Assembly (NCBI RefSeq): GCF_030144855.1
Contig: NC_082738.1
Coordinates: 43,772,001-43,836,000, forward strand
Direction of reading: 5' to 3'
Source of the DNA: Hypanus sabinus
Lineage: Eukaryota
Length of the DNA: 64,000 nt
Part shown: piece after piece, positions 1 to 12,885 of the stretch
Layout of the letters: the number at the start of each line of letters is the position of its first letter
Position numbering within the stretch: the stretch's first letter is position 1
Notes under the pieces: generated by a model
Database searches by the model: none
Told to the model about the DNA's origin: nothing
The model's input: only the letters and a program-made list of their open reading frames with translations
Translations under genes and position numbers: made by a program

Positions 1-796
1 TTTTATGGTTTGGAGTTACAAAGCATAACGGAAGTAACAAGTCGGTTTTAAAATGAACCTGAAATGACCATCTACCTGTTGAAGCATAGCACTTTTTTTT
101 ACATTACAAGGGGATAGAGAGACATATGAGTTAAATAAAAAGCGCCGTATGTTTTTGTTTTGGAAGCGCGGCAAGACAACAGAGCTTTTTTTTAAGGCAA
201 AAAAATGGGCATAATTCATGGGTCTATAACCTGTGAGCACCAGGTGATAATAATAATTTTAAAAAAAACAGAAATGGGTGGCTACATTGGAAAGACAGAT
301 GCGTTTGATTGCTGGATAACTGGATGATGTATACTGAATGAATTGAGCAGTATATTAAAGCAAATGGAATAGCCGATAAGAAACGAGTGCCAGTTTTGCA
401 GAGTGCAATTGGTGGAAGAGCATACAGTTTGCTAAGAAGTTTAACTGCTCCAACCAATACAGCCAAAATGAGCTTTGTTGATATTGTGAATGTAATGCAG
501 GAACTTTTAGAGCCTAAACCATTGCAGAGTGCTTTAGGTTTATAAGTGGAATCAAAAAGAAGGGGAGTCCATTTTAGCTTATGTGGCTTAATTGAAGAGA
601 TTATCAGATCAGAGGTGAGCTTAATGATACATTGAGAGATCATTCAGTTTGTAGAACCTTGCAAGAAAGCAGTCAAAAACCGTTCCTAACTGAAGTGCAA
701 CTCAGATGTAAAAGAGCAGTTGAAATCACTGTAGTAATGGAAACAGCAGCCAGAGATGAGATTAAGTTGCCAACAGGAATGAAAGTGAGCATGAAC

Positions 797-1022
797 TGAT
801 GCACTATCAATAACTCTCTGAGACATGAGGCGAGATATCGGCTTTTATTGACTGGAAGAAAGAACAAGCAGCAATTGACCACCATGCTACATCCTGGAGA
901 CTGAGAGGCAGGGCTCAGGCCCCAATCTCCTTTATACCAGGGTCAGTGGGAGGAGGCACAGGAGCAGTCAGCGGGGGGGGGGGGGGGGGACATGTCCAGA
1001 CAGGTATATGTAGTTCACCACA
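797..1022 (-). mobile_element. Solo LTR, Gypsy family B
   Basis: TG...CA ends; 5-bp TSD TGAAC (792-796/1023-1027); TATAAA and AATAAA on the - strand; homologous to 2967-3134 and 9351-9566. Confidence 0.9.
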
Positions 1023-1339
1023 TGAACAAAATTGCAATGCCTACAAAGAAACCTGCCTGGATGAAGAATTGTGTCACCATTGTGGCAGGGGCATACATAC
1101 ACCAGACCACTGCAGGTTTAGAGGCAATATGCAGAAAATACAGCAAAGTAGGATACATACAAAGAACGGGCTAGGCAGAGAAAAATAAATGAACTGCACA
1201 CAGGAAAGAAAAAGATTTCTAAAAATCAAGCTGCGGTTTCAAAAAGCAGCACTAATCTGCATGCTGTTGATGGAAAAAATCTGATAATGATGAAATTGAC
1301 ATAGGATTTACAATGTGAAAACTATCAGGAAACAAGCAA

Positions 1340-1467
1340 ACACGAGGAAATCTGCAGATGCTGGAAATTCAAACAACAACACACAAAATGCTGGTGGAAC
1401 ACAGCAGGCCAGGCAGCATCTATAGGGAGAAGCACTGTCGACGTTTCAGGCCGAGATCCTTCGTCAA
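1340..1467 (-). mobile_element. Short Penelope-like terminal-repeat unit with hammerhead motif
   Basis: 11-bp TSD gaaacaagcaa (1329-1339/1468-1478). The - strand reads tTGACGA-AGGATCTCGGCCT-GAAA-CGTC-GACAG. Confidence 0.75.
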
Positions 1468-2224
1468 GAAACAAGCAATGTGGCTTACACCAGAAGTGAA
1501 CAGCAAATTAATGAAAATGGAATTGGACATTAGCTCGGCTGTTTCAGTCAGTCCACAAAATGAGTTTGAACAGCATTTCAAAGACACTAAACTGAAACCT
1601 ACAGATATCCAGATAATATTTTTTTACTGGAGAAAAGATAACTCCTGTAGGAATGACATTCGGAACAGTGAAATGTAACAACCAATAAGCCACATTGGGG
1701 TTGCATGTGGTAAAAACGGGGGGGGGGGGGGGGGGGCAGCATTGTGGGAATGTGATTGGCTGAGACAACTACAACTTGATTGCAGTTGTAGATCAAGTTT
1801 TACAAAGCCTGTCTGGTTCCTTATGTTATCTGTGATAATGTAGCCAGTGCGCTAGATTGCATGCAGGCTGAAGGAATCCTTTCCAAGGTTGAGTGGAGCC
1901 CATAGGCAATGCCAGTGGTCCCAGTAGCCAAGAAGAATGAGTCTCTCAGAATCTGCAATTTTTTTTTACAGTCACCATAAACCCAGTACTGAAAGTAAAT
2001 CAATATTCTCTGCCCAGGTTAGAGGATATTTTTGAAAACCTTTCTGGAGGAAAACACTTTAGCAAAGTGGACTTAGCTGAGGCCTACCTACAGATGGAGA
2101 TGGAAGAGGAGTCCAAAGTGTTTTTCACCATAAACACACACGTAAAGGGCTTTATCCTTATAAGAGGCTTATTTCTGGAGTCGCATCTGCACCTGCAGTC
2201 AGCTATGGACCAGGTGCTGTAGGG

Positions 2225-5200
2225 TTTTTTTTAACCTTTTTAAAATTTTTATTGAACACAAACAAAAACAGAAATACTAAAACATATGCTAACAAAGCCA
2301 AAGAATCACACATAAGCAGCAACAAATAAGTAACTATTAACTTTAAATATACAAATAAACAAGAAAATCCACTCTAAATACTGTTGGACAGAAGGAACTA
2401 TATCTAAGAGGAGTCACAAAGCAGAAACATTTACAGAGATAACCCAAAACATTGACAGATTTGTACACTCTTTACAGCTTTCTGGTTATGGGAAGTTTTC
2501 AAAGTATTAACATATAGTTTGAAGTCTGACGTAAAAAATATAAATGAAGGTTTCTTATTGCTGTATTTGTATTTATGTGGGTGTAGGTTCTATCACTTCC
2601 TGCGCGTCCCTTTCGGTGTCACGAATGGTGTCTCTGTCTTCCAGAGGGAAATGGACCGGATAGTGGACCAGTACCAACTGAAGGCCACATTTCCCTATCT
2701 GGATAACATCACCATCTGTGGTCACGACTGGCCAGATCACGACGCCAACCTCCAACGATTTCTCCAAGTGGCCGCAGTTCTGAACCTTACATATAACGGA
2801 CAAGTGTGTGTTCGGAACCACCCGCCTTGCTATCCTTGGGTATGTCGTGGAAAATGGGGTCATTGGCCCTGATCCCGACCGCATGCGCCCCCTGTTAGAA
2901 CTCCCTCTTCCCACCACTCTCAAAGCCCTCAGAAGGTGCCTGGGTTAGTTATTGATGGTGCATCAATTTTATTGACTGGAAGAAGGAACCAGCAGTGAGT
3001 GACCACCATCCTACATCCTGGAGACTGAGAGGCCGGGCTCAGGCCTCGATCGCCTTTATACAGGGGTTTGTGGGAGGAGCCACAGGAGCAGTCAGCAGGG
3101 GGAGTGTCCAGACAGGCACACATAGTTCACCACACTCTCCCCCCCTTTGTTTTAAAAGAGTCCCCATGTGGCGAAGTTTCTTACAGGTTAAGTCTATCAG
3201 GTGGTCGAATCTGTCGCTGCGATCTACGTAGCACCGGCTGTGATTGCACAGATGCCGCCGGTGGCGATGAATGCACAGGAGACGGAGGTTGTGCTGGTTC
3301 CAGCCCACTAGGCGCCAGTGGTCCCTCACGCATGTGCGAGGCGCCTGGTATATATGCGTACGAAACGCCTGGTATATAAGTGTCGTGAGGAGTCTGTGTA
3401 GGGCCTGGTGTGCGTGGTGTCACCTCGGGTACAGGGTTCATAGTTACCGGAGAGTGTTCAGGGTAGTGGTCTGCTGCACCTGCGGGCACCAGGTCGTGGA
3501 TGGAGACCGTGTCCTCCCGCCCATCAGGTAAGACCACGTAGGCATACTGGGGGTTCGCATGTCAAAGGTGAACCCTCTCGACCAGCAGGGAGTATTTATT
3601 GCTCCTCACATGTTTCCGGAGCAGCACTGGCCCTGAGGATGTCAGCCAAGCTGGTAGGGTGGTCCCAGTGACAGACTTCCTGGGAAAAGAGAATGGGCGC
3701 TCGTGAGGGGTGGCATTGGTGGACGTACACAACAGAGAGCGGATAGAGTGGAGTGCCTCAGGGAGGACCTCCTGCCATCGAGAGACCGGCAACCCTTTTG
3801 ACTTAAGGGCTAAAAGTGTGGCCTTCCACACTGTGGCATTCTCCCTCTCCACCTGTCCATTTCCCTGGGGATTATAACTCGTGGTCCGACTAGTAGCAAT
3901 GCCCCTAGCTAGCAGGTACTGGCGCAGCTCGTCACTCATAAAGGAGGACCCTCTATCACTGTGGATATAGCAGGGATATCCGAACAGAGTGAAGAGCTGG
4001 TGCAGGGCTTTTATGATGGACGTGACAGTGGTGTCGGGGCAGGGAATGGCAAAGGGGAACCGTGAGCACTCGTCGATAACATTGAGAAAATAGATATTGC
4101 GGTCGGTGGAGGGAAGGGGGCCCTTAAAGTCAACACTCAGTCACTCAAAAGGGCGGGTGGCCTTGACAAGTTGCGCCGTGTCAGGACAGTAGAAGTGCGG
4201 TTTGCACTCAACGCAAATTTGGCAGTCCCTGGTCATTGTCCTGATGTCCTCCAAGGAGTACGGCAGGTTCCGGGCTTTCACGAAATGGTAAAATCGGGTG
4301 ACCCCTGGATGGCAAAGTTGTGCATGAAGGGTGTACAGCTGGTTGAGCTGTGCGCTAGCACACGTACCCTGGGATAGGGCATCAGGGGGCTCATTGAGTC
4401 TGCCAGGCCGGTACAGAATATCATAGTTGTAGGTGGAGAGTTCTATTCTCCACCGCAAAATCTTATCATTTTTGATTTTGCCCCGCTGTTGGTTGCTGAA
4501 CATGAAAGCAACCGAGCGCTGGTCGGTCAGCAAGGTGAATCTTTTGCCAGCAAGATAGTGCCTCCAGTGCCTAACAGCCTCCACTATGGCCTGGGCTTCT
4601 TTCTCCACCGCGGAGTGCCGAATTTCAGAGCCTTGGAGGGTACGAGAAAAGAATGCTACTGGCCTGCCTTCCTGATTGAGGGTACCAGCCAGAGCGAAAT
4701 CGGAGGCGTACTACTTGGAAGGGAATGGTCTCGTCCACCGCATGCATCGTAGCTTTGGCAATGTCCCTTTTAATGCAGCTGAAGGCCGCGCAGGCCTCAG
4801 AAGAGAGGGGAAAAGTGGTAGACTTGACCAGGGGGCGGGCCTTGTCTGCGTAATGGGGGACCCCTTGGGCGTAATAGGAAAAAAAAACCAGGCACCGTCT
4901 GAGGGCTTTGAGAGTGGTGGGAAGAGGGAGTTCTAACAGGGGGCGCATACGGTCAGGATCAGGGCCAGTGACCCCGTTTTGCACGACAGTTTCTTATTGC
5001 TGTATTTGTATTTATGTATATAAAATTTGCTGTAAATTAATGGAAGATTTATGATAAAGAAATGATCCCTATGAGATTTGATATTATTAGTAAACCCAAA
5101 TAAGTCATTTTCAAAACAAAAAGTAAAATCCACATTAATAAATTGATCTATAAATTGACAAACATCAACCCAAAATGTTTTAACATATTCACAATCCCAA

Positions 5201-7556
5201 AACAGATTAAATAAATCCTCTGGATATAAACCACAAGAAGAACAGTTAGTTTCAATATCAGAATTAAACCTTTTCAAATAAACATTGGTTGGATAATATC
5301 TATGTATGATTCTAAATGAAATTTCTTTAATTTTATTTCTCAATAAGGATTTATTAAATAAGCCCCAAATACTCCTCCACCTCAGATTCCCCAGCGACTA
5401 TTCCAAAAACTGACAGCCGTAGGAATAGAAGTAATGACTTTTTGAAAGACACTTCTAATACCTTTATTATTTTTTTTGAAAGACAGAGGAAAACAAATCT
5501 TTCCTACAGCTGTACTGGATGTATCCAAGTTGGGTAATTCAACTACCAAATATGATGTATTTCTAAGCAACATACTTACACCAGAGGGAATTGCATCCAT
5601 AACAACAACAAATTCTTTCGGAGTCACAGGAAATTCAAAGGTGGATAAAAACTCAGTATAGCTCAATAAATTACCGCTTGAATTAAATAACAAAATATTA
5701 TTATCAAAACAATCTTTATAAAACAAAGATTTATTCTTATAAATTATGTTGTGGTTATTCCAGATAAAGTAACTATATGGAGAAAAATTGTGTTTGTAGA
5801 TCAAAGACCAAGATAAAAGCATCTGTTTATGAAATTGAGATAAACGGAGAGGAACTTCGCCTATCTTGTAATTACATAAAAGAAAAATTTTCAATCCACC
5901 ATCCTGGGAAAAGACAAAAGAAGGAATACAATTCCATATTAAGTAGGATTATGTAAAAATTGATTAATCCAATTAATTTAAAAACTATTATTAAGACTGT
6001 CAAAATCAAGAAGATTTAGACCCCCCCTCCCTTGTCATAAATATTCATGACAGCAGATTTTTTTATATAATGAACTTTATTTTTCCATAAAAAGTTAAAC
6101 AATATGGTGTCTATCAATTTACAGATTTTTTTATCGACGTATAAGGGGAGAGTTATATATATAATCCTGGAAAGACCTTCTGCTTTACAAAGCAAAACCG
6201 GGCCTTTCAAAGATAAGTCCCTTTGAAGCCACTGGTTTAATCTTTTTTTTGGTTTTGTCTATAAGAGATTGAAAATTATCCACACACCTTAAGTATTCGT
6301 TTTTAACAATAGTTATCCCCAAATATGTAACTTTGTCTTTTACTGGAATATTATTAATTACAGATTGAGTGCAACCTTTAAGAGGAAACAATTCACATTT
6401 GTGAATATTTAGACAGAGGCCTGAGGCTTTGGAAAAAACAGAAATACAGTTTAAAGCCAGTGAGATTTCCGAAGCATCATTTAAGAAAAGAGTCGTATCA
6501 TCTGCAACCTGACTAATCAGAAAATTGGAATTTGCACAGGAAATGCCTTTTAGAGGACTAGACTTAATTGAATAGATGAGCAGCTGAGCACATAAAAGGA
6601 ATAAATAAGGGGAGATAGGACAACCTTGTCTCACCCCCCCCCCCCATTCACATCAAACCTCGGTGAAGTCCCCAACTTCAACTTTATAGAACTATTAGCA
6701 TTTGTGTACAAAGCCTTAACAGCCTTACAAAATAATGCACCAAATCCAAATTTACCAAGAGCAGAGACGATAAACTGATGCTCAATAGTATCAGAAGCTT
6801 TGTAGAAATCTAAAAACAGTATAAAACTATCATTTTGAACAAGATGAGAATAATCAATAAGATCTAAAACTAATCTGACATTATTAGAGATATGACGACC
6901 CTTCATGAAACCTGACTGTGTTTCATCAATAGTAAATGGTAAAACTACTTTCATTCTGTTAGCAAAGATTTGGGCCAGAATTTTGTAATCACTATTGAGA
7001 AGGCAAATAGGACACCAATTATCGATAAATAAATTATCTTTTCTTGGATTAGGAATTAAAGTAATAAGGCCCTGTGTTAAAGAAGTGGGAAGAAATTCTT
7101 TATCAATGCATTCTAAAAACAATTTTAGTAAAAAGGGAGCTAGGGTGTCCAAAAACATCTTATAAAATTCTGCAGTCAGACTGTTCACACCCGGTGACTA
7201 ATTATTTTTTAAATTTGAAATGGCAGCGTTAACCTCTCCCAAGGTAATAAGAGCATCACACAGGTCTTCCTGATCATTGGACAGGTTCCTAAGAATACTA
7301 ATGTCATTCATGAAATGTAGTGTAGATGCTTCACAATATTTTGAGCTATACAGTTTACTGTAAAAAGCAGAACAATATTTTGCTATATTTTTGGAGTCCT
7401 CTGTAATCACACCATCAATATTAAGCTGAAGAATGGAATTGAATTGGGCACGCTGCTTTTCTAAATGAAAGAAATTAGCCGTACTCTGTTCACCCTCTTC
7501 CAACCATTGTTTTCTAGATCTCACATATGCACCTTCTGCCTTTATAAAATAAAGAT
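2225..7556 (-). mobile_element. 5'-truncated L1/Tx1-clade LINE (ORF2 pseudogene)
   Basis: Frameshifted ORF2 pieces (WLEEGEQST, CPICLLNSDYKILA, RQGCPISPYLF, QVADDTT, C-terminal Cys motif). A-rich tail at 2225-2250. Degenerate TSD ggtgctgtagggttt/ggtgctacaaggttt (2213-2227/7557-7571). Interrupts the Gypsy A RT. Confidence 0.85.
2579..4988. mobile_element. Rearranged Gypsy family B insertion (+ RT fragment 2579-2946; - pol/PPT/LTR 4988-2967)
   Basis: + strand RT (VPFGVTNG...YLDNITI). - strand RNase H/integrase (EKEAQAIVEAVRHW, HPGVTR, YNPQGNGQVER). PPT at 3135-3148 and LTR at 2967-3134. Identical 29-bp direct repeats at 2550-2578 and 4989-5017. Confidence 0.9.
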
Positions 7557-9350
7557 GGTGCTACAAGGTTTCTGGGCACTCAGTGTTACCTGGATGACAA
7601 GGAGCTGGTTTTTACAGGTAAGAGTGACAAGGAACATCTCCAAAATTTCCAGTCAGTGATTAGAAGATTATGGGCTCAGAGCACAACACAACAAGTGCGA
7701 ATTTTTTAACCAAGTCACTTACTTGGATCACACCATTGACTCGCAAGCATTACATAAGTGTGCTGAGAAAATCCAAGCAGTGGTGGATGCTCCAAGGCCA
7801 AAGGACATGCCACAGTTACGGTCCTTTTGAGGATTTGCTGATTACTATATTAGGTTCTTGTCAACCCTGGCTACAGTGCTCCATCCCTTGAACTCACTAC
7901 TGGAGATGAGGAAGAAATGGCAATGGACAAAGCAGTGTGAGGTGTCTTTCCAAAAGGCAAAGGAAATGGTGACATCAGACACTGTACTCACACATTATGA
8001 ACCACATCATCCAGTGAAGCTTGTCTGTGACGCCTCACCTTGTGGTATAGGTGCAGTCACGTCACATGTTCTCACTGATGGAAGTGAACACCCCATAGCT
8101 TTTGCAGAGAAAAATTAGGCACAAATTAACAGAGCGGCCTTGAGTGTGGTTTGGGGAGTAAAATGTTTCAACCGGTATGGGAGAGAGTTTGTCCTCATTA
8201 CTGATCATCAACCACTAGTGTCCATTTTCAATCCACAGAAGGGTGTTCCACTAACAGCAGCACAAGTGCAGAGATGGGCTCTGTTTCTTGGAGGACACAA
8301 TTACAGATCAAATTCAAGAGGACAACTAATCATGGAAATGCTGATGTATTATCCTGTTTACCTTTGGAAAATGAAATACTTGCAAAGTTTACAAAAGAGG
8401 ACACTCTGACATATTCTTCCTAATGCAAATTGGAAGTCTCCCTATAACAGCAGAGATGATTCAAAGGGAAACCAGAAAAGACCCCACACTGTCTCAGGTC
8501 TACATAGCAACTCGAAATGGCTGGAAAAATTTTGTGCAGCAAAAATTCCAATTCCCCCATTTTTACCAGTGCTGGGATGAACTTGCCCTAAATAGTGGTT
8601 GCCTCATGTGGAAATTGAGAATTGTTGTACCACCAAGCTGAGAACTAAAATGTTAGAGGAGCTATATGCCGGTCATCTAGGTGTGGTCAAAATTGAAGTG
8701 TTGGCTCGAAGTTTTGTCTGGTGGCCTGGGATAGATCAGCAGATTGAGTAGCTCACTTGCACTGTTCAGGATGCCAACACGTCCAGAAGTTGCCAAGAGC
8801 AGAGCCTCTCCATCCCTGGAAATGGCCTGCATTGTCAAACTTTGTAGCTGCTTCCAGTAGTGAATACAGCAACAAAGTGGCCAGGAGTGTTCCCAATAGC
8901 CACCACTACAGCCTCACACACACTTGATGTGTTGAGAAGCCTCTCCTCAAGGACTGGTGTTCCAGAACACTTAGTCAGTGACGATGGATCACAGTTTGTT
9001 GTGGAATAGTTTCAGTCTTTCCTAAAAATGAATTGAATAAGACATATCTGCCAATGGCTTGGTGGAAAAGTTTGTCCAGATTTTAAAGAATGCACTGTCA
9101 GCAGAACACACTACACTGACACTGAATCAGAAGCTCACCAGTTTCCTCCTTGCATATCACAATGCAGCACACTTCACAACCAACAACTCAACAGCTAAGC
9201 TGTTCCTGAGTCAGCCCTTGCGCTCAAACTTGGATCTCCTCAAACCCAATCTCAGAAAGAGTATGCAGGACAAAGAGCTGAGACAAATTGAGGGCTCCTC
9301 AAACAAGGAGGTTCGATGTTTCACTCCTGGACAAGCAGTCCTGGTGAGGG

Positions 9351-9566
9351 TGATGCACCATCAATAACTCACTTTGAGACGTAAGGCGAGATATCGGCTT
9401 TTATTGACTGGAAGAAGGAACAAGCAGTGGTTGACCACCATACTACATCCTGGAGACTGAGAGGCCGGGCTCAGGCCTTGATCGCCTTTATACAGGGGTC
9501 TGTGGGAGGAGCCACAGGAGCAATCAGCAGGGGGCGTGTCCAGACAGGTATATGTAGTTCACCACA
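9351..9566 (-). mobile_element. Solo LTR, Gypsy family B
   Basis: TG...CA ends; 5-bp TSD GAGGG (9346-9350/9567-9571). Confidence 0.9.
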
Positions 9567-10042
9567 GAGGGACTGCAGAAATGATCAAAAGTGGGCACTT
9601 GGAAAGATTAAGGACAGAACTGGACCACACTCCTACACAGTGGAGATTGCATCTGATATCATCTGGAGACGATGCATTGATTAACTGAGGAAAGCAGAGT
9701 CAATTGTTAGAGAGGAAAGGTGGTCAGAGCTGTCAGAACCATTTCCTGCAGGCCCAGAGTCAACACCTACAACCACCATAGAGGAGGCCCCAGAACATGA
9801 GGTTGTTTCATAGCCACAAGTCTCACCTGCCAAGCAGAGTGAGCCCCATTGTCAGGAAAGATGTTATCCCACAAGGTTCTCCACGGCGATTAAATCTTTA
9901 GGCCTGAATGGGAGAAATTAAAATTTACTATGCTGTGGATGTCTATATAGTAATTGTATATATATATATAAAATATGTGTGTGTATATAAGTTGAGGTGC
10001 ATTCTATATTGAGTTGGAGTTTATAGCTAAACAGGAAAGAAA

Positions 10043-10267
10043 GTTGTGTATTTAATATTTCAGTACTATTAAGAATTCTTTGTTGTTTCATATTTCATTC
10101 CAGGTTTTATGTCAAAGTACTGTACGTGAATGGCATACGTCATTACACCACCACACCACATCATAAGTGCACGCCTCACTTAAGTAAGAATGAAATAGAT
10201 ACTTTTATCCCTAGCTCCATGTTTTTCTTTTGATTAGTTTTATATTTTCGAGTTACAAAACATAGCA
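10043..10267 (+). repeat. 3' LTR of Gypsy family A
   Basis: Follows purine tract aaacaggaaagaaag and ends ...gagttacaaaacatagca, matching window positions 1-30 (end of the 5' LTR). Boundaries approximate. Confidence 0.6.
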
Positions 10268-10326
10268 GCTACAACAGTCACTTTGGCAAAAGTAGTTCAC
10301 TAACATAAAGTGCTTTAGGAAATCCT

Positions 10327-10961
10327 CTAGAAGATCTATATTGTTGAATTGGAAGGAAATTAATCCTCCCACTGTATTTAATTGGTTCTCTCAAACTATG
10401 TTATGTTTAAATTTAGAAAGAATTAGAAGTGGTGTATTTGATACTTCTATTAAATTTGAAAAGATATGGAGACCATTTATTCAATATTTTCATATGATGT
10501 AATATGACCCTGTTCCAAGTTCAGTTGACTTTCCAGCTTTTAGCTTATGTATGTTGAGAGGACTGGAAGTGACGGCATTGATGATTATGTATTCTTGTGA
10601 GATATTATAAACAGCCCTTTTTTTTCCAGGGTTTCTTTTTTTTTCCTTTTTTTTTGTTTCTTTTTTCTTCTTTATTAGTCATTAGATTAGTAGATTAGTT
10701 AATTTAGCATTATATATTTTTTTTCTTTTTTCTATTTCTTTTATATCATATATCATGAAATATCTAGACTTATTATGTTCATACATATACTGTATGGTTC
10801 ATGTTTTGGTAAACTCATTTGTACTGTAACCACTGTCTATGTTTTTTTTCATCTGTAATGGAATTTGTATGTTTGTAATTTCTTTATTAATATATCATTT
10901 GTATTTTGTTTATATTATTAATAATAATAAAAAGATTGAAAAAGAAAAAGAAAGAAAGAAA
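10327..10961 (+). mobile_element. L1 3' fragment with A-rich tail
   Basis: ORF2 C-terminal remnant (..FEKIWRPFIQYF), T-rich 3'UTR, AATAAA and A/GAAA tail, 10-bp TSD aggaaatcct (10317-10326/10962-10971). Confidence 0.8.
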
Positions 10962-11984
10962 AGGAAATCCTGAAGTCATCAAAGATGCTACAAAAATAAT
11001 TTTTTTTTAAAGCTGTTGAGCAAGTTTCCATTTTTGAGCACTGGGTGGCACTACAGGACTGTAAAAAAGGAAAATAGCTTACTTTAACTTACCTGCACTA
11101 ACTCCTCATCGTTTGGCTCACTTAATAACAAATGGATTATTAATCTTTGTTTTGAATAGACTTAGTAAGACTATGTAAGACTATGGCCCTCTTGCGTAGT
11201 AAACTCCAAAGATTCACATCTCCCTGGAAAGAAATTCTTTCTAACACTCCCCTGAATGGCTGACATCTTATTTTGAGACTGAGGACCTTGATTGTGAACA
11301 AGTTAGCCAAGAGAATCATTATTTCTATGTCAAGCCCCATGAAAACTTTGTATCCTTCAATGAGATAATCTCTCATTCTTCTAAACTCAAGGGAATCTGA
11401 TTTTCCAGCTCCTGGGCAACATTTTCAAATACAAATATTTTTCAATTCCAATAAAATGGTTAATTAAGCAAAATTTCAGAAATCAAAACAGCATTTCTTA
11501 TTATTTTTGCAGAGCAGTCAAGAGGAAGAAAAAATAGTTAAGTAGAAGAAGTGGAATCTGGTCAATACAAAATGGATCTTTGTGCAGTGGCATCACACTG
11601 GTATCTGGACATCTGGTTAGTGTCAGTATAAGAGTACAGCTGAGACAGCTTTTCAGTTGAGATTGCCCCTGAGAACATTCTCACTAAACATGGACACTGA
11701 GGAAAACTGATACGGACATTCTGATGTACATACTGTGTACCACAGACAGACTGGTTAATTGTACAAGGTTATTGAAGACCAGATTGCTAAGGTGATTATG
11801 GAAGGCAGTAGGAATATGAGATATAAGGAAAGTGATGGACTCACAGATGTGTAATTGGCTGTAAATCAAGAAGATATGCATATAAGATATACATAGATGC
11901 CTCACAGGATGATCAAGATCGCCAAATCTTGTTAATATCTAGTGTAGAAGACCCCAAGTCAGGCACTCAAAGAAGAATCAAGGT

Positions 11985-12224
11985 GACACTGCAGCATAAT
12001 AAAATTAGAGTGCCAGTGACCTAGGTTCAGTTCTGCTGCTGTCTACAAGAAATTTGTATGTTCTGTCCATGACTGTGTGGGTTTCCTCTGGGTGCTCTGG
12101 CTTCCTCCCATATTCTAAAGGCATATGGTTAAGTAAGTTAAATAGTCACATGGGTGTAATTGGGTGGTGCGGGCTCATTGGGCCAGAAGGGCCTGTTACT
12201 GTGCTGTATCTCTAAATAAAATAA
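11985..12224 (+). mobile_element. tRNA-derived V-domain SINE
   Basis: B-box-like ggttcagtt, V-domain gtgggtttcctctgggtgctctggcttcctccca, LINE-like tail ending taaataaaataaa. Related copies on - at ~27095-27420 and ~40405-40625. Confidence 0.7.
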
Positions 12225-12885
12225 ACTGCTCAGACTGAATCATGGCCAGGTTCCACTGGAGCGAGTAATATATAAGTACAAGTAATATGCTTTGAAAGTG
12301 TGAAACTAAACAAGGAATTGTGTAACTAAAACATTATGAGTTTTGTTTGAAACTACATATTAATTATTTCAGTTTTTAAAACTAATTGTGATTAATAAAG
12401 AATACTGGCTGTGAGGCAAAGCCATTGTCTGGTGTGTTTTGTCAAGTGCTATAATTGACAACACTTTCAACATAAAATCCGAGCTTCGTTACTAGAATCT
12501 TAAGAGTCTTAAGGCAGGAAAAGTGTACAGTATATACTTAAAAATAAATCAACACCGAAACTGAAATAACATTGTATCAATAACAACTGAATCTTAAATT
12601 AAAATGACAAAGGCATTCTCAGCTAGTGGTACAAGAATTCTTGACAGAGCAAAAGCATTTTTTCGAAAGTGAATCTAAAAGTAATAGTGTCTCAAGATAG
12701 GGGTTCGGCCACTTAAGACAAATTTCTCCCTCAAAGTGTTAAGAGTCTTTGGAACTCAATTCGTCAAAAGCTAGCAGAAGCAGAATCTGCTTTTAGGCAG
12801 ATTCTTGATGAGCTAAGGAGTAGAGCATTATTGTAAGTAGGCACAGTGCAGAATTGAAGTAGCAATCCAATCAACCATGTCTCAT

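Larger units (their letters stand above)
1..10267 (+). mobile_element. Decayed Gypsy/Ty3 LTR retrotransposon (family A, K02A2.6-like gag-pol) hosting nested insertions
   Basis: Broken gag from ATG ~274 with CCHC knuckle (CHHCGRGIHTPDHC ~1072-1113). RT pieces at 1870-2223 resume at ~7557 (YLDD codons ~7588). RNase H (LVCDASPCGIGAV; LITDHQPL) and integrase (GHLGVVK, SDDGSQF) follow. Window start (ttttat...gagttacaaa-cata) matches the end of the 3' LTR at ~10238-10267. Confidence 0.85.

Noticed and set aside
797-9566. Repeats at 797 and 9351 as the paired LTRs of one element
   Set aside because: Each has its own distinct 5-bp TSD, and the intervening gag-pol is on the opposite strand and extends beyond both.
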